Part shown: positions 1 to 10,637 of the stretch, in pieces
Layout of the letters: every line of letters starts with the position of its first letter
Position numbering within the stretch: position 1 is the first letter of the stretch
Source: Bacteriovoracaceae bacterium
GTDB lineage: Bacteria > Bdellovibrionota > Bacteriovoracia > Bacteriovoracales > Bacteriovoracaceae
Direction of reading: 5' to 3'
Length of the DNA: 64,000 bases
NCBI GenBank assembly: GCA_965217035.1
Contig: OZ244226.1
Span: 62,001 to 126,000, forward strand
Notes under the pieces: generated by a model
Seen by the model: the letters and a program-made list of their open reading frames with translations, nothing else
Told to the model about the DNA's origin: nothing
Database searches by the model: none
Position numbers and translations under genes: made by a program

Positions 1-19
1 AACTTGGATTTTATAAATT

Positions 20-727
20 ATGCCAGGGACTCTTTATCTTATTCCAACACCTTTAGATGATGAGTCCTCACTTCATCCTTCTGCTTTTGAACTTCTTAAA
101 CATGCTTCTGAAAATCTTTCAAATAACCTTATTCTTGTAGAAGAGCCCAAGGCTTCCAGACGGCGTTGGATCAACTGGGGTTTCAACAGAGAAGTTATCA
201 ATCACTTTTTGTATTTTAATGAACATAAGCAAGAGGCTGAGCAGATGAATATTATTCGTGAGCTTAAGTCTGGAAAAAATGTTTCCCTTCTGAGTGATGG
301 CGGACTTCCTGCTTTCTGCGATCCAGGAAGAGAATTGATCGACCTTTGTCATCAACACAAGATTAAAGTTACAAGCACTGTTTTTTGTAACTCACTTGCT
401 TTAGCCTTTGCTCTCAGCGGCTTTGATCACCAAGCCTTTCGATTTAGTGCTTTTCCACCAAGGAAAGATGATGAACGAAAGAAGTGGTGGAAGAGTTTTC
501 TTGCTGAAAAAGAATGCAATGCATTAATGGACACGGCCTATCGCTTAAAGAAAGTTCTCGAAGAGGTGAAGGAGTCTGGTGCTGATCAGAGCTTTTTTCT
601 CGCTATGGACCTTAATAGGTCCTCTGAATGGCTTTTGAAGGGCTCTATCAATGAAATTCTTAAGCTTTACGATGGTAGTAAAAGGGACTTTATTTTGATA
701 AAAGGTCCCAACAATGCCAGAAATTAA
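20..727 (+). CDS. RsmI-like SAM-dependent (tetrapyrrole-methylase family) methyltransferase
   Basis: GTLYLIPTPL N-terminus, LLSDGGLPAFCDPG motif, ALSG..F.F..FPP; overlaps next gene by 14 bp. Confidence 0.8.
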   Translation: MPGTLYLIPTPLDDESSLHPSAFELLKHASENLSNNLILVEEPKASRRRWINWGFNREVINHFLYFNEHKQEAEQMNIIRELKSGKNVSLLSDGGLPAFCDPGRELIDLCHQHKIKVTSTVFCNSLALAFALSGFDHQAFRFSAFPPRKDDERKKWWKSFLAEKECNALMDTAYRLKKVLEEVKESGADQSFFLAMDLNRSSEWLLKGSINEILKLYDGSKRDFILIKGPNNARN

Positions 728-1688
728 TAAACGCAAAGATTCACATATTAACCTTGCTCTTGAGTCTCAAGTCATCGCTAGAGATGAACGCTTTCAATAT
801 GAACCTCTTTTGGGTTCAACCCCAACAGATTGGAGAGACCCTTTAGTCTTTTTAGGCAAAAAAATCGAGGCCCCTCTTTGGATTTCAAGTATGACTGGAG
901 GTTCTACTAAAGGCTCTAATTTGAATAAACTCTTTGCTTCAGCAGCTGCGAAATTTGGTCTTGGAATGGGACTCGGTTCATGCCGTGTTCTGCTAGAAGA
1001 TTCTAAGTTTTTTGATGATTTTAATCTCCGTCCGATTATTGGAGAGAAACTTCCTTTTTATGCCAATCTCGGCATTGCACAAGTTGAAGAGCTCATTCAT
1101 TATAAAAAATTAGAAACTCTCAACGAACTGATAGAGAAACTTAACGCCGATGGACTCATTATTCATGTAAATCCTCTTCAGGAGTATTTTCAACCGAAAG
1201 GAGATAAAGTTCTTCGTCCTGCGATTGAAACAATCCAGGAGCTCAAAGAGAATTTTTCTTATAAGTTGATTATCAAAGAGGTTGGTCAGGGAATGGGGGC
1301 AGAATCTTTGAGAAAACTTGTTGAGCTTGGAATCGATGGCGTTGAACTTGCCGCTCATGGCGGAACAAATTTTACAAAACTTGAAGGATTAAGATCTGAA
1401 AACTTTTCTTCAGAAACGTTCAGTTTAGTTGGTCATACAGCTAAAGAGATGGTTCAAGCTCTTAATCAACTATCAGCAAATAATATTGAAATTATTATTT
1501 CTGGAGGAATCAATACTGTTTTAGATGCTCATTATTTGAAATCTATTTGTGATTATAATTCAGTTATAGGAAAAGCTGGAAGTCTTTTGAGATATGCTCA
1601 AGAAGGCGAATCTCAACTTTTTAACTATATTGAAAAATGGTTATACGACTTTCAATTGGCCATACAATTCTTAAAGGTGAAACAATAG
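714..1688 (+). CDS. fni: Type 2 (FMN-dependent) isopentenyl-diphosphate delta-isomerase
   Basis: RKDSHI, PLWISSMTGGS, MGLGS, ANLG, HVNPLQE, IIKEVGQG, GGTNF, SGGI motifs. Confidence 0.92.
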   Translation: MPEINKRKDSHINLALESQVIARDERFQYEPLLGSTPTDWRDPLVFLGKKIEAPLWISSMTGGSTKGSNLNKLFASAAAKFGLGMGLGSCRVLLEDSKFFDDFNLRPIIGEKLPFYANLGIAQVEELIHYKKLETLNELIEKLNADGLIIHVNPLQEYFQPKGDKVLRPAIETIQELKENFSYKLIIKEVGQGMGAESLRKLVELGIDGVELAAHGGTNFTKLEGLRSENFSSETFSLVGHTAKEMVQALNQLSANNIEIIISGGINTVLDAHYLKSICDYNSVIGKAGSLLRYAQEGESQLFNYIEKWLYDFQLAIQFLKVKQ

Positions 1689-2983
1689 TGGAGTTGGTTA
1701 CAGGGTATTCTAAACTTTCAAAATCAGAAAAAATTCAATGGCTCGTTAAGCAATGTGGTCAATTAGATAATAATTTTCATAAGGATCTATTGGGAACTGA
1801 GTTTTCTTCTAGAACTGATCAAGAGAAATTTGATCAATTTTCTGAAAATACAATTGGTAATTTTCATATTCCTTTCGGTATCGCTCCTAACTTTTTAATC
1901 GACGGGAGGAGCTATGCTGTACCGATGGTTATAGAAGAAAGTTCAGTTGTTGCTGCTGCTTCAAAAGCTGCTAAGTTTTGGTCAAGTCGAGGTGGTTTTA
2001 AAACTGAAATAAAATCGATGACAAAACGTGGTCATATTTATTTACAATGGGATGGAGATTTCTCCCAGTTTGAAAAGTTCTATCAAGATCACAAAGAAAG
2101 GATTTTAAATAGCACTCTTTCCATTAATAAAAATATGGAAAGAAGAGGTGGAGGAATTCTTAGTCTAGAACTCGAAACTTTAAAGAAAGGTTCTGATGCT
2201 CTTTATCGCTTCGAGCTCAAAGTGAATACTTGCGATGCTATGGGGGCCAACTATATTAATTCTTTATTGGAAAAAATAAGTGAATCCATAGGAGCATTTT
2301 TACCAGATAATTTGAAAACGAAATATCAGCCAGTCATGGCCATTCTTTCAAATTCAACTCCTGAATGTCTTGTGACTGTTAAAGTTGGCTGCGAACTTAA
2401 AGATCTAGGGACTGTCGATGGGCTTTCTTCTGCTGAGTTTTCAAAAAAATTAAAGACGGCCGTTGATATTGCGAAATTGGATTCAGCTCGAGCTGTTACT
2501 CATAATAAAGGAATTATGAACGGAGTTGATGCTGTTGTTCTCGCCACAGGCAATGACTTTCGTGCTATCGAAGCCAGCTGTCATTCTTATGCTGCTCGTA
2601 ACGGAAAGTATGAATCGTTGAGTTCTGTTTCATTAGAAAATGAATTCTTAGAGTTTTCAGCGACTTTGCCTCTCGCTTTAGGGACAGTTGGTGGGCTTAC
2701 CAAGCTTCATCCGCTCGCGAATTATTCTTTGAAGATTTTAGGTAATCCTGACGCTAAAACATTAATAGCGATTACAGCCTCAGTTGGTTTGGCGCAAAAC
2801 TTTGGTGCTTTGAGATCATTGATTACAACGGGGATTCAAAAAGGGCATATGAAAATGCATCTTATGAATATTCTTAATCAATTAGAAGTAACGAAACAAC
2901 AAGAAGAGCTTGCAATTACGTACTTCAAAAATAAAGTTGTCTCTTATAGTGCTGTGCAAGAGTTTTTAAAAGGCCTTGGCTAA
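1688..2983 (+). CDS. mvaA: Class II HMG-CoA reductase
   Basis: ENTIG, PMVIEESSVVAAAS, DAMGAN, RAVTHNKGIMNG, GNDFRAIEA, GIQKGHMKMH; probable GTG start at 1688 overlapping the fni stop (TAGTG). Confidence 0.95.
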   Translation: MELVTGYSKLSKSEKIQWLVKQCGQLDNNFHKDLLGTEFSSRTDQEKFDQFSENTIGNFHIPFGIAPNFLIDGRSYAVPMVIEESSVVAAASKAAKFWSSRGGFKTEIKSMTKRGHIYLQWDGDFSQFEKFYQDHKERILNSTLSINKNMERRGGGILSLELETLKKGSDALYRFELKVNTCDAMGANYINSLLEKISESIGAFLPDNLKTKYQPVMAILSNSTPECLVTVKVGCELKDLGTVDGLSSAEFSKKLKTAVDIAKLDSARAVTHNKGIMNGVDAVVLATGNDFRAIEASCHSYAARNGKYESLSSVSLENEFLEFSATLPLALGTVGGLTKLHPLANYSLKILGNPDAKTLIAITASVGLAQNFGALRSLITTGIQKGHMKMHLMNILNQLEVTKQQEELAITYFKNKVVSYSAVQEFLKGLG

Positions 2984-3066
2984 ACTAATTTCATCTTTTC
3001 AATTCTTGGGCAAAAAGATATGATGACCCCTATAAATGACCAGTCTTGTCAAAGAGGTTTTAGCTC

Positions 3067-4146
3067 ATGTCTGAAACATTCAGCAATGATATTGATAAAG
3101 ATTTTCTGAAGAATATCCAAAACAATGAATATTCCCAAAACAAAGGTGAGGCTTCTCAGCCACATTATTTTTATGGGCATGGGAAACTGCTTCTGACTGG
3201 GGAATATCTTGTTATGGATGGCGCAAAAAGCTTGGCGCTTCCTTCTATTCTTGGTCAGGGACTTTCTATTAAGTACAAAAATACCTTTATGAAACCTAAG
3301 CTCAATTGGAAGAGTTATAGTTATAAGGCAAAAAAGTGGCTAGAGGCAGATTTTGAACTTTGGCGTTTTGATATTAAGAGTTCGAATGCTGACGTTCCTG
3401 AAGTGAAAGAACTTCAGGCGGTTCTGAGAAAGGCCCGTGAGCTTAACCCGCATTTTTTAAGAGAGACTGGTAAGAATATTAATGTTGAAACGAGATTAGA
3501 GTTTCCTTTGAACTGGGGCCTTGGTTCGAGTTCGACTCTTCTTTATAATATTGCACAGTGGGCCTATATCAGTCCTTTTGAGTTAGCGGGACTGACTTAT
3601 GGAGGCTCTGGTTACGATATTGCTTGTGCTCAGTCGATGACTCCGATCGTTTACCAGCTTGATGAAGAATCTAAGCGGCCTAGTTGGCAAGTTGTGAACT
3701 TCAGACCATCTTTTATTAATAATCTTTACTTTGTTTATTTAGGTCAAAAGAAAAAAACAAGTAAAGAAATTGAGTATTATAAAGAACTTGATAAGAACTC
3801 ACTCAATCTTAAAAATGCAATTGAAAAAATCAGTTATATCACTGAGCAGATTATCGTGACTGATACTCTTGATGATTTCAATGATCTTATAGCAGAACAC
3901 GAAGCAATTACTTCGAAGATTTTAAAGTATCCAAAAGTAAAAGAAGAGCACTTTTCTGACTTTAATGGCCAAATTAAGTCATTAGGAGCTTGGGGAGGCG
4001 ATTTTGTTCTTGCAACTTACCAAGGACCAGATGAAGATATTAAAAGCTATTTTAAATCTAAAAACTTAGATGTCGTTATTCCTTATAAGAATCTCATCTG
4101 TGATCAGTTTATCTCAACTCCAGCTCAAGGTAATCTGATTCAATAA
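3067..4146 (+). CDS. GYDIA-family GHMP kinase, probable phosphomevalonate kinase
   Basis: GKLLLTGEY, WGLGSSS, GSGYDIACA, KSLGAWGGDF; lies within the mevalonate cluster. Confidence 0.8.
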   Translation: MSETFSNDIDKDFLKNIQNNEYSQNKGEASQPHYFYGHGKLLLTGEYLVMDGAKSLALPSILGQGLSIKYKNTFMKPKLNWKSYSYKAKKWLEADFELWRFDIKSSNADVPEVKELQAVLRKARELNPHFLRETGKNINVETRLEFPLNWGLGSSSTLLYNIAQWAYISPFELAGLTYGGSGYDIACAQSMTPIVYQLDEESKRPSWQVVNFRPSFINNLYFVYLGQKKKTSKEIEYYKELDKNSLNLKNAIEKISYITEQIIVTDTLDDFNDLIAEHEAITSKILKYPKVKEEHFSDFNGQIKSLGAWGGDFVLATYQGPDEDIKSYFKSKNLDVVIPYKNLICDQFISTPAQGNLIQ

Positions 4147-4154
4147 GGGTTTTC

Positions 4155-5198
4155 ATGGTCTCTAATAAATTTCGCATTGATGCTCCATCAAATATCGCTC
4201 TTATAAAGTATTGGGGCAAGAAAGGCTTTCAGCTCCCTCAAAATCCTTCGATTAGTATGACTCTTAAAAACTGTAAGACCATAATGGATGTGGAATATCA
4301 ATATGATGAAAACTCCGAAAAAGGTTTTGAGTTAGAGTTTCTTTTTGAAGGTCATAAAAACGATGAGTTCGAAGATAAAATTCTAGCTAAAATTATTAAT
4401 CTGCCCGAAGAATTCAGTTTCCTTCAAAAAACGACCTTGAAAATTAATGCTCTTAATACATTTCCTCATTCATCTGGAATTGCTTCATCTGCCTCATCAA
4501 TGGCCTGTTTAGCAAAAGCATTTGCAAAAATTTATCATGAAATTGGAAATCCTAAGCTTAAAAGGGAACAAGTGAGTTTACTTGCGAGGGGGTTTTCAGG
4601 AAGCGCTTGCCGTTCACTTTATCCTGGGTACGCTTATTGGGGAAAAAATGAGGCCATCACTTTTGGTCGTGATGAATATGCCTTGCAATTATCCAAAGAT
4701 CTTATTCATGAGAACTTTCAAAAAGTGAGGAACACGATTTTAGTTGTTGATCAGAATCGGAAAAAAGTCTCAACTTCGGATGGGCATACTCATATGAAAA
4801 ACCACCCTTATGCCCAAACTCGCTATCAAATTGCGAGAGATAATTTTGAAAAGATTATACAAACGATGAGAGTTGGTGATTGGGAAGAATTTGGACGAAT
4901 TGTAAAATCAGAGGCTCTTCAGCTCCACGCTCTTATGATGACGAGTAATGAGCCGTATACTCTTCTTAAAGGAAACTCTCTAAGAGTGATTGAAGAACTC
5001 GATCATTTTATCAAAGAAGCAAAAATAGAAATGACATATACTTTAGATGCTGGACCTAACTTGCATTTACTTTATCCTGAAAAGAATCAAGAAAAAGTAG
5101 AAGCATTCATTGAGCATTTAGATGATGAAAATTTATTTCAATTTGTCATCAGTGATAGCATAAATTGGAAAATGAGTGATGAATTCCTCGCAACGTGA
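4155..5198 (+). CDS. mvaD: Diphosphomevalonate decarboxylase
   Basis: APSNIALIKYWGK, NTFPHSSGIASSAS, SGSACRS, YTLDAGPNLH. Confidence 0.95.
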   Translation: MVSNKFRIDAPSNIALIKYWGKKGFQLPQNPSISMTLKNCKTIMDVEYQYDENSEKGFELEFLFEGHKNDEFEDKILAKIINLPEEFSFLQKTTLKINALNTFPHSSGIASSASSMACLAKAFAKIYHEIGNPKLKREQVSLLARGFSGSACRSLYPGYAYWGKNEAITFGRDEYALQLSKDLIHENFQKVRNTILVVDQNRKKVSTSDGHTHMKNHPYAQTRYQIARDNFEKIIQTMRVGDWEEFGRIVKSEALQLHALMMTSNEPYTLLKGNSLRVIEELDHFIKEAKIEMTYTLDAGPNLHLLYPEKNQEKVEAFIEHLDDENLFQFVISDSINWKMSDEFLAT

Positions 5199-6093
5199 TT
5201 ATCCTTCAAAGGTTTTACTCTTTGGAGAGTATAGCGTCCTTCTTGGTTCGAACGCTCTTGCTCATCCCTTAACACAGTTTTCTGGACATCCGGTTAATTT
5301 GAAAACTCCTCATCATACCTATGATCTAAAAGGTCTTTTCTCTTATTTGGAAGCTTATTTTTCTGGTAAACAAGAATGCTTTCTTGATTTAGAAGCTTTT
5401 AAAAAGGCTTTGAAAAATAATTGGTGTTTTGATTCTAATATTCCGGTCGGAAAAGGACTTGGAAGTTCGGGGGCTCTCTGTGCTGCTATCTTTGATCATT
5501 TCAGCTCGTTCGAAGGCAGTGATGAAGAGCTAAAAAAACTATTAGGGGAAATTGAATCTTATTTTCATGTCAGTAGTTCGGGAATTGATCCCATCATAAG
5601 TTTAAAACAGTCTGGTTACCTTATTGATAAAGATAAGAATTTGAAACCTGTTCCCTCTGTGACTCAAAACTATAATGAACTCGAAAATAAAGGCTTAGTC
5701 GTTTATCTTGTTGACTCAGGTGTTTCCAGGCAGGCTTCTCCATTTGTAAAACTCTTCAAAAAGAAAGTTGAAAATGAGGATTATCGTAATGTTCTCATTC
5801 AAGATTATCTTCATGTGAATGAACATTGTATTCAATCTTTTCTAGAGAGTAATGCTTCTGAGTTTTGTGATTCAATTATTCAATTATCTGAATTACAATT
5901 AAAGCTATTTTCTGAAATGTTTTTGAAAGAAATTGTTGATCATGCCAATATTATACATGACCAAAGACTAGGAAGGGTTAAAATCTGTGGAGCTGGTGGT
6001 GGAGGGTTCTATCTACTTTTTTCATTTATTGGAGATGAGATTAAAAAATATTTTCCAAACCATGAACTTTTAAAACTCAAGGACTATTTATAA
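5176..6093 (+). CDS. mvk: Mevalonate kinase
   Basis: KVLLFGEYSV, IPVGKGLGSSGA, SSGIDP, KICGAGGGG. Confidence 0.88.
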   Translation: MMNSSQRDYPSKVLLFGEYSVLLGSNALAHPLTQFSGHPVNLKTPHHTYDLKGLFSYLEAYFSGKQECFLDLEAFKKALKNNWCFDSNIPVGKGLGSSGALCAAIFDHFSSFEGSDEELKKLLGEIESYFHVSSSGIDPIISLKQSGYLIDKDKNLKPVPSVTQNYNELENKGLVVYLVDSGVSRQASPFVKLFKKKVENEDYRNVLIQDYLHVNEHCIQSFLESNASEFCDSIIQLSELQLKLFSEMFLKEIVDHANIIHDQRLGRVKICGAGGGGFYLLFSFIGDEIKKYFPNHELLKLKDYL

Positions 6094-6575
6094 TGAAATG
6101 GTTTTTATTTCTCATTTCTTTTAATTTACTTGCGAATCCAAACACGAAAACTCGTCAAATTGTTATGGAGGCTAAACTCATTGAGAAAAGTAAGCTTATT
6201 GCAAAACATGAGGTAGCTTTTGAAATGGAATTTAATGCCATGGAGGATCGTTGTTTTCTTTATTTGAAAAACGATAGGAGAAAGTTTGGACCAGGGAAAA
6301 AAACATGGGATTGTCGCTTTAGGACTCAAAAAGAAATCCCAAATATTGCTTATAAAAAAATTCTCAAAATTTTTGAAGATAGCTACAGAATTATTAAGAA
6401 AAAAGAGCTCAAAAGTTTAGATGTTTATCGCTCTGAGGAAGCAAAGACCTATCTCAATGGAAAAGTTATTAAGAAGAGCTTTTTGAAACTCGATTTTGGT
6501 CAATACGAAATCTCTTTTCAGAATCTTGGGAAAGAAGGGCTTGATCTTGCGAAAATTAAGCTTAGGATTTACTGA
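6093..6575 (+). CDS. Hypothetical secreted protein
   Basis: Signal-peptide-like N-terminus MKWFLFLISFNLLA; start overlaps the mvk stop (TAATG). Confidence 0.6.
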   Translation: MKWFLFLISFNLLANPNTKTRQIVMEAKLIEKSKLIAKHEVAFEMEFNAMEDRCFLYLKNDRRKFGPGKKTWDCRFRTQKEIPNIAYKKILKIFEDSYRIIKKKELKSLDVYRSEEAKTYLNGKVIKKSFLKLDFGQYEISFQNLGKEGLDLAKIKLRIY

Positions 6576-7414
6576 TCTGTCCCGCCTTGGATAAGAGTCA
6601 TCTTTACTGCTTTTTTAACCTCTTTTAAAGGAGATTGGTTTTTATTTTTCCAATCTGCCGTGGCGCAAGCAGCATTAAACAATCCTGTTTCAACATCAAA
6701 AAATTGATCCATTTTTTGAACAAGGTTTCTTGCTAAAAGGAACTTCGTTTGGACCCGAGGGAGTTGAGCTTGGGACTTTATATTGAGAAGGTATTTCTCA
6801 ATGACCTCGCTTTGATTACTTGAATCATAGATATCTTTAATGAAGCCAGTTTTATGAAGCATGGATACTTTTATTGGTTTTGTGTCGTTAACCATGTTCT
6901 GAAATTGAGTTCTTGAAAAGACTTCAGTGATAAGAGGAGTCGTACTGAAGAACGGTAGTCCTAGGTTAAGCTGGTTCATCTGAATTTGCGATTCTAAACT
7001 TGCAACTCTTATGTCTGCTGCAAATGATAATTCGAGAGCAATATTTTTTGCTCCTTGTTTTAAATCAAAAATGATTGTCGCCGGGGCATTGATCATTAAT
7101 TTTTGAGTTTCAAAAAGTTCTTCTCTGATCTTTGAAAGTTTCTTTATATCAGCATTTTTTATGAATTCTTCACTTAAGCCTTCAGAGAATTGATCGCCAC
7201 TTGAGTTAACAAGAATTGAGGCTATTTCAATCTTGTTATTGGCCCAATTCAAAAGAGATTGGAACTCAAAAAGAAACTCAAGATTAATAGGGTTTCCGAG
7301 TTCTGGGCGATTCAAAGTCACGATCAGAGTTTTGGTTTCTGGATTGAGTTGGGTGCAGATTGTGTTGTAAGAGAAAAGATTCATAAAACCTTCCTTGGTT
7401 TGATCTTTTGCCAT
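6569..7414 (-). CDS. Enoyl-CoA hydratase/isomerase (crotonase) family protein, divergent
   Basis: VTLNRPELGNPIN, FSEGL, ELSFAADIRVA; catalytic segments look degenerate; start could be 7384. Confidence 0.7.
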   Translation of the reverse strand: MAKDQTKEGFMNLFSYNTICTQLNPETKTLIVTLNRPELGNPINLEFLFEFQSLLNWANNKIEIASILVNSSGDQFSEGLSEEFIKNADIKKLSKIREELFETQKLMINAPATIIFDLKQGAKNIALELSFAADIRVASLESQIQMNQLNLGLPFFSTTPLITEVFSRTQFQNMVNDTKPIKVSMLHKTGFIKDIYDSSNQSEVIEKYLLNIKSQAQLPRVQTKFLLARNLVQKMDQFFDVETGLFNAACATADWKNKNQSPLKEVKKAVKMTLIQGGTDQ

Positions 7415-7760
7415 GAACTCCTTTCTAGAGTTCTTAATAATATTTTATCCTGGCCGCGTGAGAAGAAAAGAAACGGACAAAAGTGCTTTCGTCTGCTGGT
7501 ATTTTTTACATTGTCCTAAAACACTGTCTTAGAGGTATTTTACGCTATTTTAGCAATTTCGATGACTTGGTCATTGTAAGTTTTTATTAATTGACTCTGG
7601 TTATCGGGTTTCGCGAAGGTTATTCCTGCTTGAGGTTAACAAACTTTATTGAAATCAAATGCTTACTATTTAATTCTTCTAGGCAAAAGCTAACGGGATA
7701 AAACATTGTAACTCAATAAGCCTTATCTTGGATGCATGCGTTAACTTTAGTGAGGTTTCT

Positions 7761-9011
7761 ATGAAAAGCATCGTTCTACTGGTTCTTTCTTTTTCTTTTT
7801 TTGCCCATCCTGAAGATTTACTGGTTAAGTTTAAGAATGTTTCTATAGTAACTCCTCCTAGCTATGTAAAAATTGCAAATAGAGTTTATCGAATTCCTTC
7901 AGAGGATGTGAATTTTAGGGCCAATAACTATGAATGGATTCAAAAGAATCACCAACTTGCTCTTAGGTCCACTCCAAATGATCCAGATTTTAAACGCCAA
8001 TGGAGCCTTAAGCCTCAAGCAAATGGTGCCGATGCAAAAGTGAGTGAGCTTTGGAATCGTGGAATAGGTGGTATCGACAGGAAAGGAAATGATGTTGTCA
8101 TTGCTGTTATTGATGAAGGAGTTGATATTAATCATCCGGATTTAAAAGCAAATATTTGGAGAAATGATCATGAAGTCGCAGACAATGGTGTGGATGATGA
8201 TGGTAATGGTTATATTGATGACGTTCATGGTTGGAATGCAAGTAATAAAACTGGAACGATGAGCCCAAGTAATCATGGAACTCATGTTGCAGGAATTATA
8301 GGAGCCGTTGGGCATAACGGTCAGCAAATTTCTGGGTTAAACTGGAATGTAAAAATTCTTCCAATTGTTTTATCTTCTTTTCAAACTGATGAAGTTTTGA
8401 GGGCCTATCAATATGTTATCGATCTCAAGCGGCAATGGATCAATTCCAATGGAGAAAAGGGGGCCAATATCGTAGCAACTAACTCGAGTTTCGGTTACGA
8501 TTATGCAGATTGTGAGTCCGGGGAATTTCCAGCGTGGAATGATTTTTTTAATCAAATGGGTAAGTTAGGAATTCTTTCTGCAGCAGCAACTGCTAATAAT
8601 AATGTTGATGTAGATAAAAAAGGGGATGTTCCAACGAGTTGCACGAGTCCTTATGTTGTTGCTGTAACAAACACAACTATTGATAATGTAAAGTATCGTG
8701 GAGCTGGGTATGGTTCAAAATCGATTGACCTTGGAGCACCTGGAACTAATATTTTAAGCACTGTAAATCATGGTAGACTTGATGAATACACTGGAACTTC
8801 GATGGCGACTCCGCACGTTGCAGGAGCGATAGGGCTTCTTTATTCTTTAGCTCCGGAAAGCTATATCGATTCTTATGTTTTAAAGCCTGGAGAATCTATT
8901 TTAAAAATCAAAGAGATGCTTGTCGAAGGAGTTGATGCGAATCAGAGCCTTAAAGGAATAACCGTGTCCGGTGGTAAGTTAAATGTCTTTCGTTCTTTCG
9001 GAAAGTTCTAA
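7761..9011 (+). CDS. Secreted S8 (subtilisin-like) serine peptidase
   Basis: Triad motifs VIDEG, HGTHVAG, GTSMATPHVAG; DDDGNGYIDDVHGWN insert; signal peptide from ATG 7761 after GAGG. Confidence 0.93.
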   Translation: MKSIVLLVLSFSFFAHPEDLLVKFKNVSIVTPPSYVKIANRVYRIPSEDVNFRANNYEWIQKNHQLALRSTPNDPDFKRQWSLKPQANGADAKVSELWNRGIGGIDRKGNDVVIAVIDEGVDINHPDLKANIWRNDHEVADNGVDDDGNGYIDDVHGWNASNKTGTMSPSNHGTHVAGIIGAVGHNGQQISGLNWNVKILPIVLSSFQTDEVLRAYQYVIDLKRQWINSNGEKGANIVATNSSFGYDYADCESGEFPAWNDFFNQMGKLGILSAAATANNNVDVDKKGDVPTSCTSPYVVAVTNTTIDNVKYRGAGYGSKSIDLGAPGTNILSTVNHGRLDEYTGTSMATPHVAGAIGLLYSLAPESYIDSYVLKPGESILKIKEMLVEGVDANQSLKGITVSGGKLNVFRSFGKF

Positions 9012-9086
9012 TCAAAGAGAATTTTACAAAGCTATTCATTTTTGGTCTCATTTAATTAGTTAGTAACCAAGAATGGAAGCTGTTCT

Positions 9087-10637
9087 ATGCATGATGCGAA
9101 AACGTTTTTACTTGTCCTTTTATTCCTCTCATGTTCCGCCTCTGATAATGTCTTAAATGATGGCTCACCCGATGGTGACGGTGGAAGTGGAGCGGTCATT
9201 ATTGGTCCGATCAATCCAGATCCAATCGATGCGACTCCTGTGAAAAGTCCATCTGGGTTGAGTATTCCTTTTAATATTTTTAATGGCGCATTTCCTCTTG
9301 ATACTCCTTTGCTTTCTTGGGTCAATCCTGGCCCAGAAGAATATTCAGGTCTTCAATTAGGGCTTTTGAATGATCAAAACCAATGGGTTGTTGCTTTTCA
9401 AAATTTAGATAAAGAAACTACAGAACATTCTTTTAATCGTGACTTTCTCGAGGAATGTACTCTTCATAGATATGTTATTCGTGGAGTTCTAAATGGTGTA
9501 AAAGGAAACCCTGAGTTTAGTGAAGAGTTCTATTACGACAATACAGCTCCTCAGGGACCAGTAAGTCCTCAATTGGTCGATGATTCGACTAGAGATAAGT
9601 CGGCCCTTCTTAGTTGGAGTGATTATAATGAGAATTGTGAGCTCTATTCTTTAGAATCAGCAATGACTCGTAGGGCGAAGCTTAATAATCTAAAGTTAAT
9701 ACCTGGTGGAGAATGGAAGCCGGTTATTAATAATAAAGTCGAAAGAGTCTTCACTGGAAAACAAAGATTAAAGCGGTATAAAAAGTATTACACTTTAATA
9801 AAAGGAAAAGACAAAGCAGGGAATGAGAAAATTTATATCTCTGATTCTTGGCAACCTCTTGGACCATTAAATAAATCAACGCTATTTGCAGGAGAGTCGA
9901 ACCGAGCTGTTCAGAAGGTTCTTTGGGATGAGCCTGTTAATCGAAATGCACCGGGGAAAGGGCTCTATCAAACCACGCATATTAGATATAAGAGATTTAA
10001 AAGAGAAAAATGGCAGTATCTTCCTGTTCAGGGAACTAACTTAGAGTATGCATTCAGTAAGATTGATCTCTATCCTTGTCGACTGCTTTACGTTCAAATG
10101 AGAACTTTTAATGGACTTTATTCAGTTTGGTCTGATGTCTTACAAGTCCCAATTGATTATCATTTGGATGAAAAGAGGGATGAGTTCTTCAATCTATCTT
10201 CTGACTCGAAATCAAAAATCTTTGCGCATGATCAAATAACAGAGGTTCTTTTAAATGGAGAGTCTCTTGTGCAATTAAATCCTGGACAGTCATTCGAATT
10301 TGCTTCTAAAGTAGGAGATCATATCGAATCAAACCAGGACATTGATGTCCTGACTCAATCAGGGAAAAGATGGGCGAGACCTCTCGATTTTATTCAGGAA
10401 TTAAAACTTGGTAATTTTGCAAAAAGAGCAGAACTTGATGTCTACTCACAAAAAGATCAGCTAATAACACTTCATACTATTGAAGGAAATTTTAAAAAAT
10501 ATCGACTCAAAGCTGGAGTTGTTCAAACTCTTCAGATCGATGGATACAATCAATTAATTTCAGATTATCCCGTACTTACTTATTTGATTAAGAAAGACCA
10601 GGAAGGAAATATTATTCAAGAGAAGTTGGTAAAATGA
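9087..10637 (+). CDS. Lipoprotein with FN3/Ig-like N-terminal domains and a repetitive beta-rich C-terminal region
   Basis: Lipobox LFLSC, Gly/Pro linker, W/Y-spaced beta-sandwich pattern; N-terminal half aligns by eye with the 24960-26510 protein. Confidence 0.6.
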   Translation: MHDAKTFLLVLLFLSCSASDNVLNDGSPDGDGGSGAVIIGPINPDPIDATPVKSPSGLSIPFNIFNGAFPLDTPLLSWVNPGPEEYSGLQLGLLNDQNQWVVAFQNLDKETTEHSFNRDFLEECTLHRYVIRGVLNGVKGNPEFSEEFYYDNTAPQGPVSPQLVDDSTRDKSALLSWSDYNENCELYSLESAMTRRAKLNNLKLIPGGEWKPVINNKVERVFTGKQRLKRYKKYYTLIKGKDKAGNEKIYISDSWQPLGPLNKSTLFAGESNRAVQKVLWDEPVNRNAPGKGLYQTTHIRYKRFKREKWQYLPVQGTNLEYAFSKIDLYPCRLLYVQMRTFNGLYSVWSDVLQVPIDYHLDEKRDEFFNLSSDSKSKIFAHDQITEVLLNGESLVQLNPGQSFEFASKVGDHIESNQDIDVLTQSGKRWARPLDFIQELKLGNFAKRAELDVYSQKDQLITLHTIEGNFKKYRLKAGVVQTLQIDGYNQLISDYPVLTYLIKKDQEGNIIQEKLVK

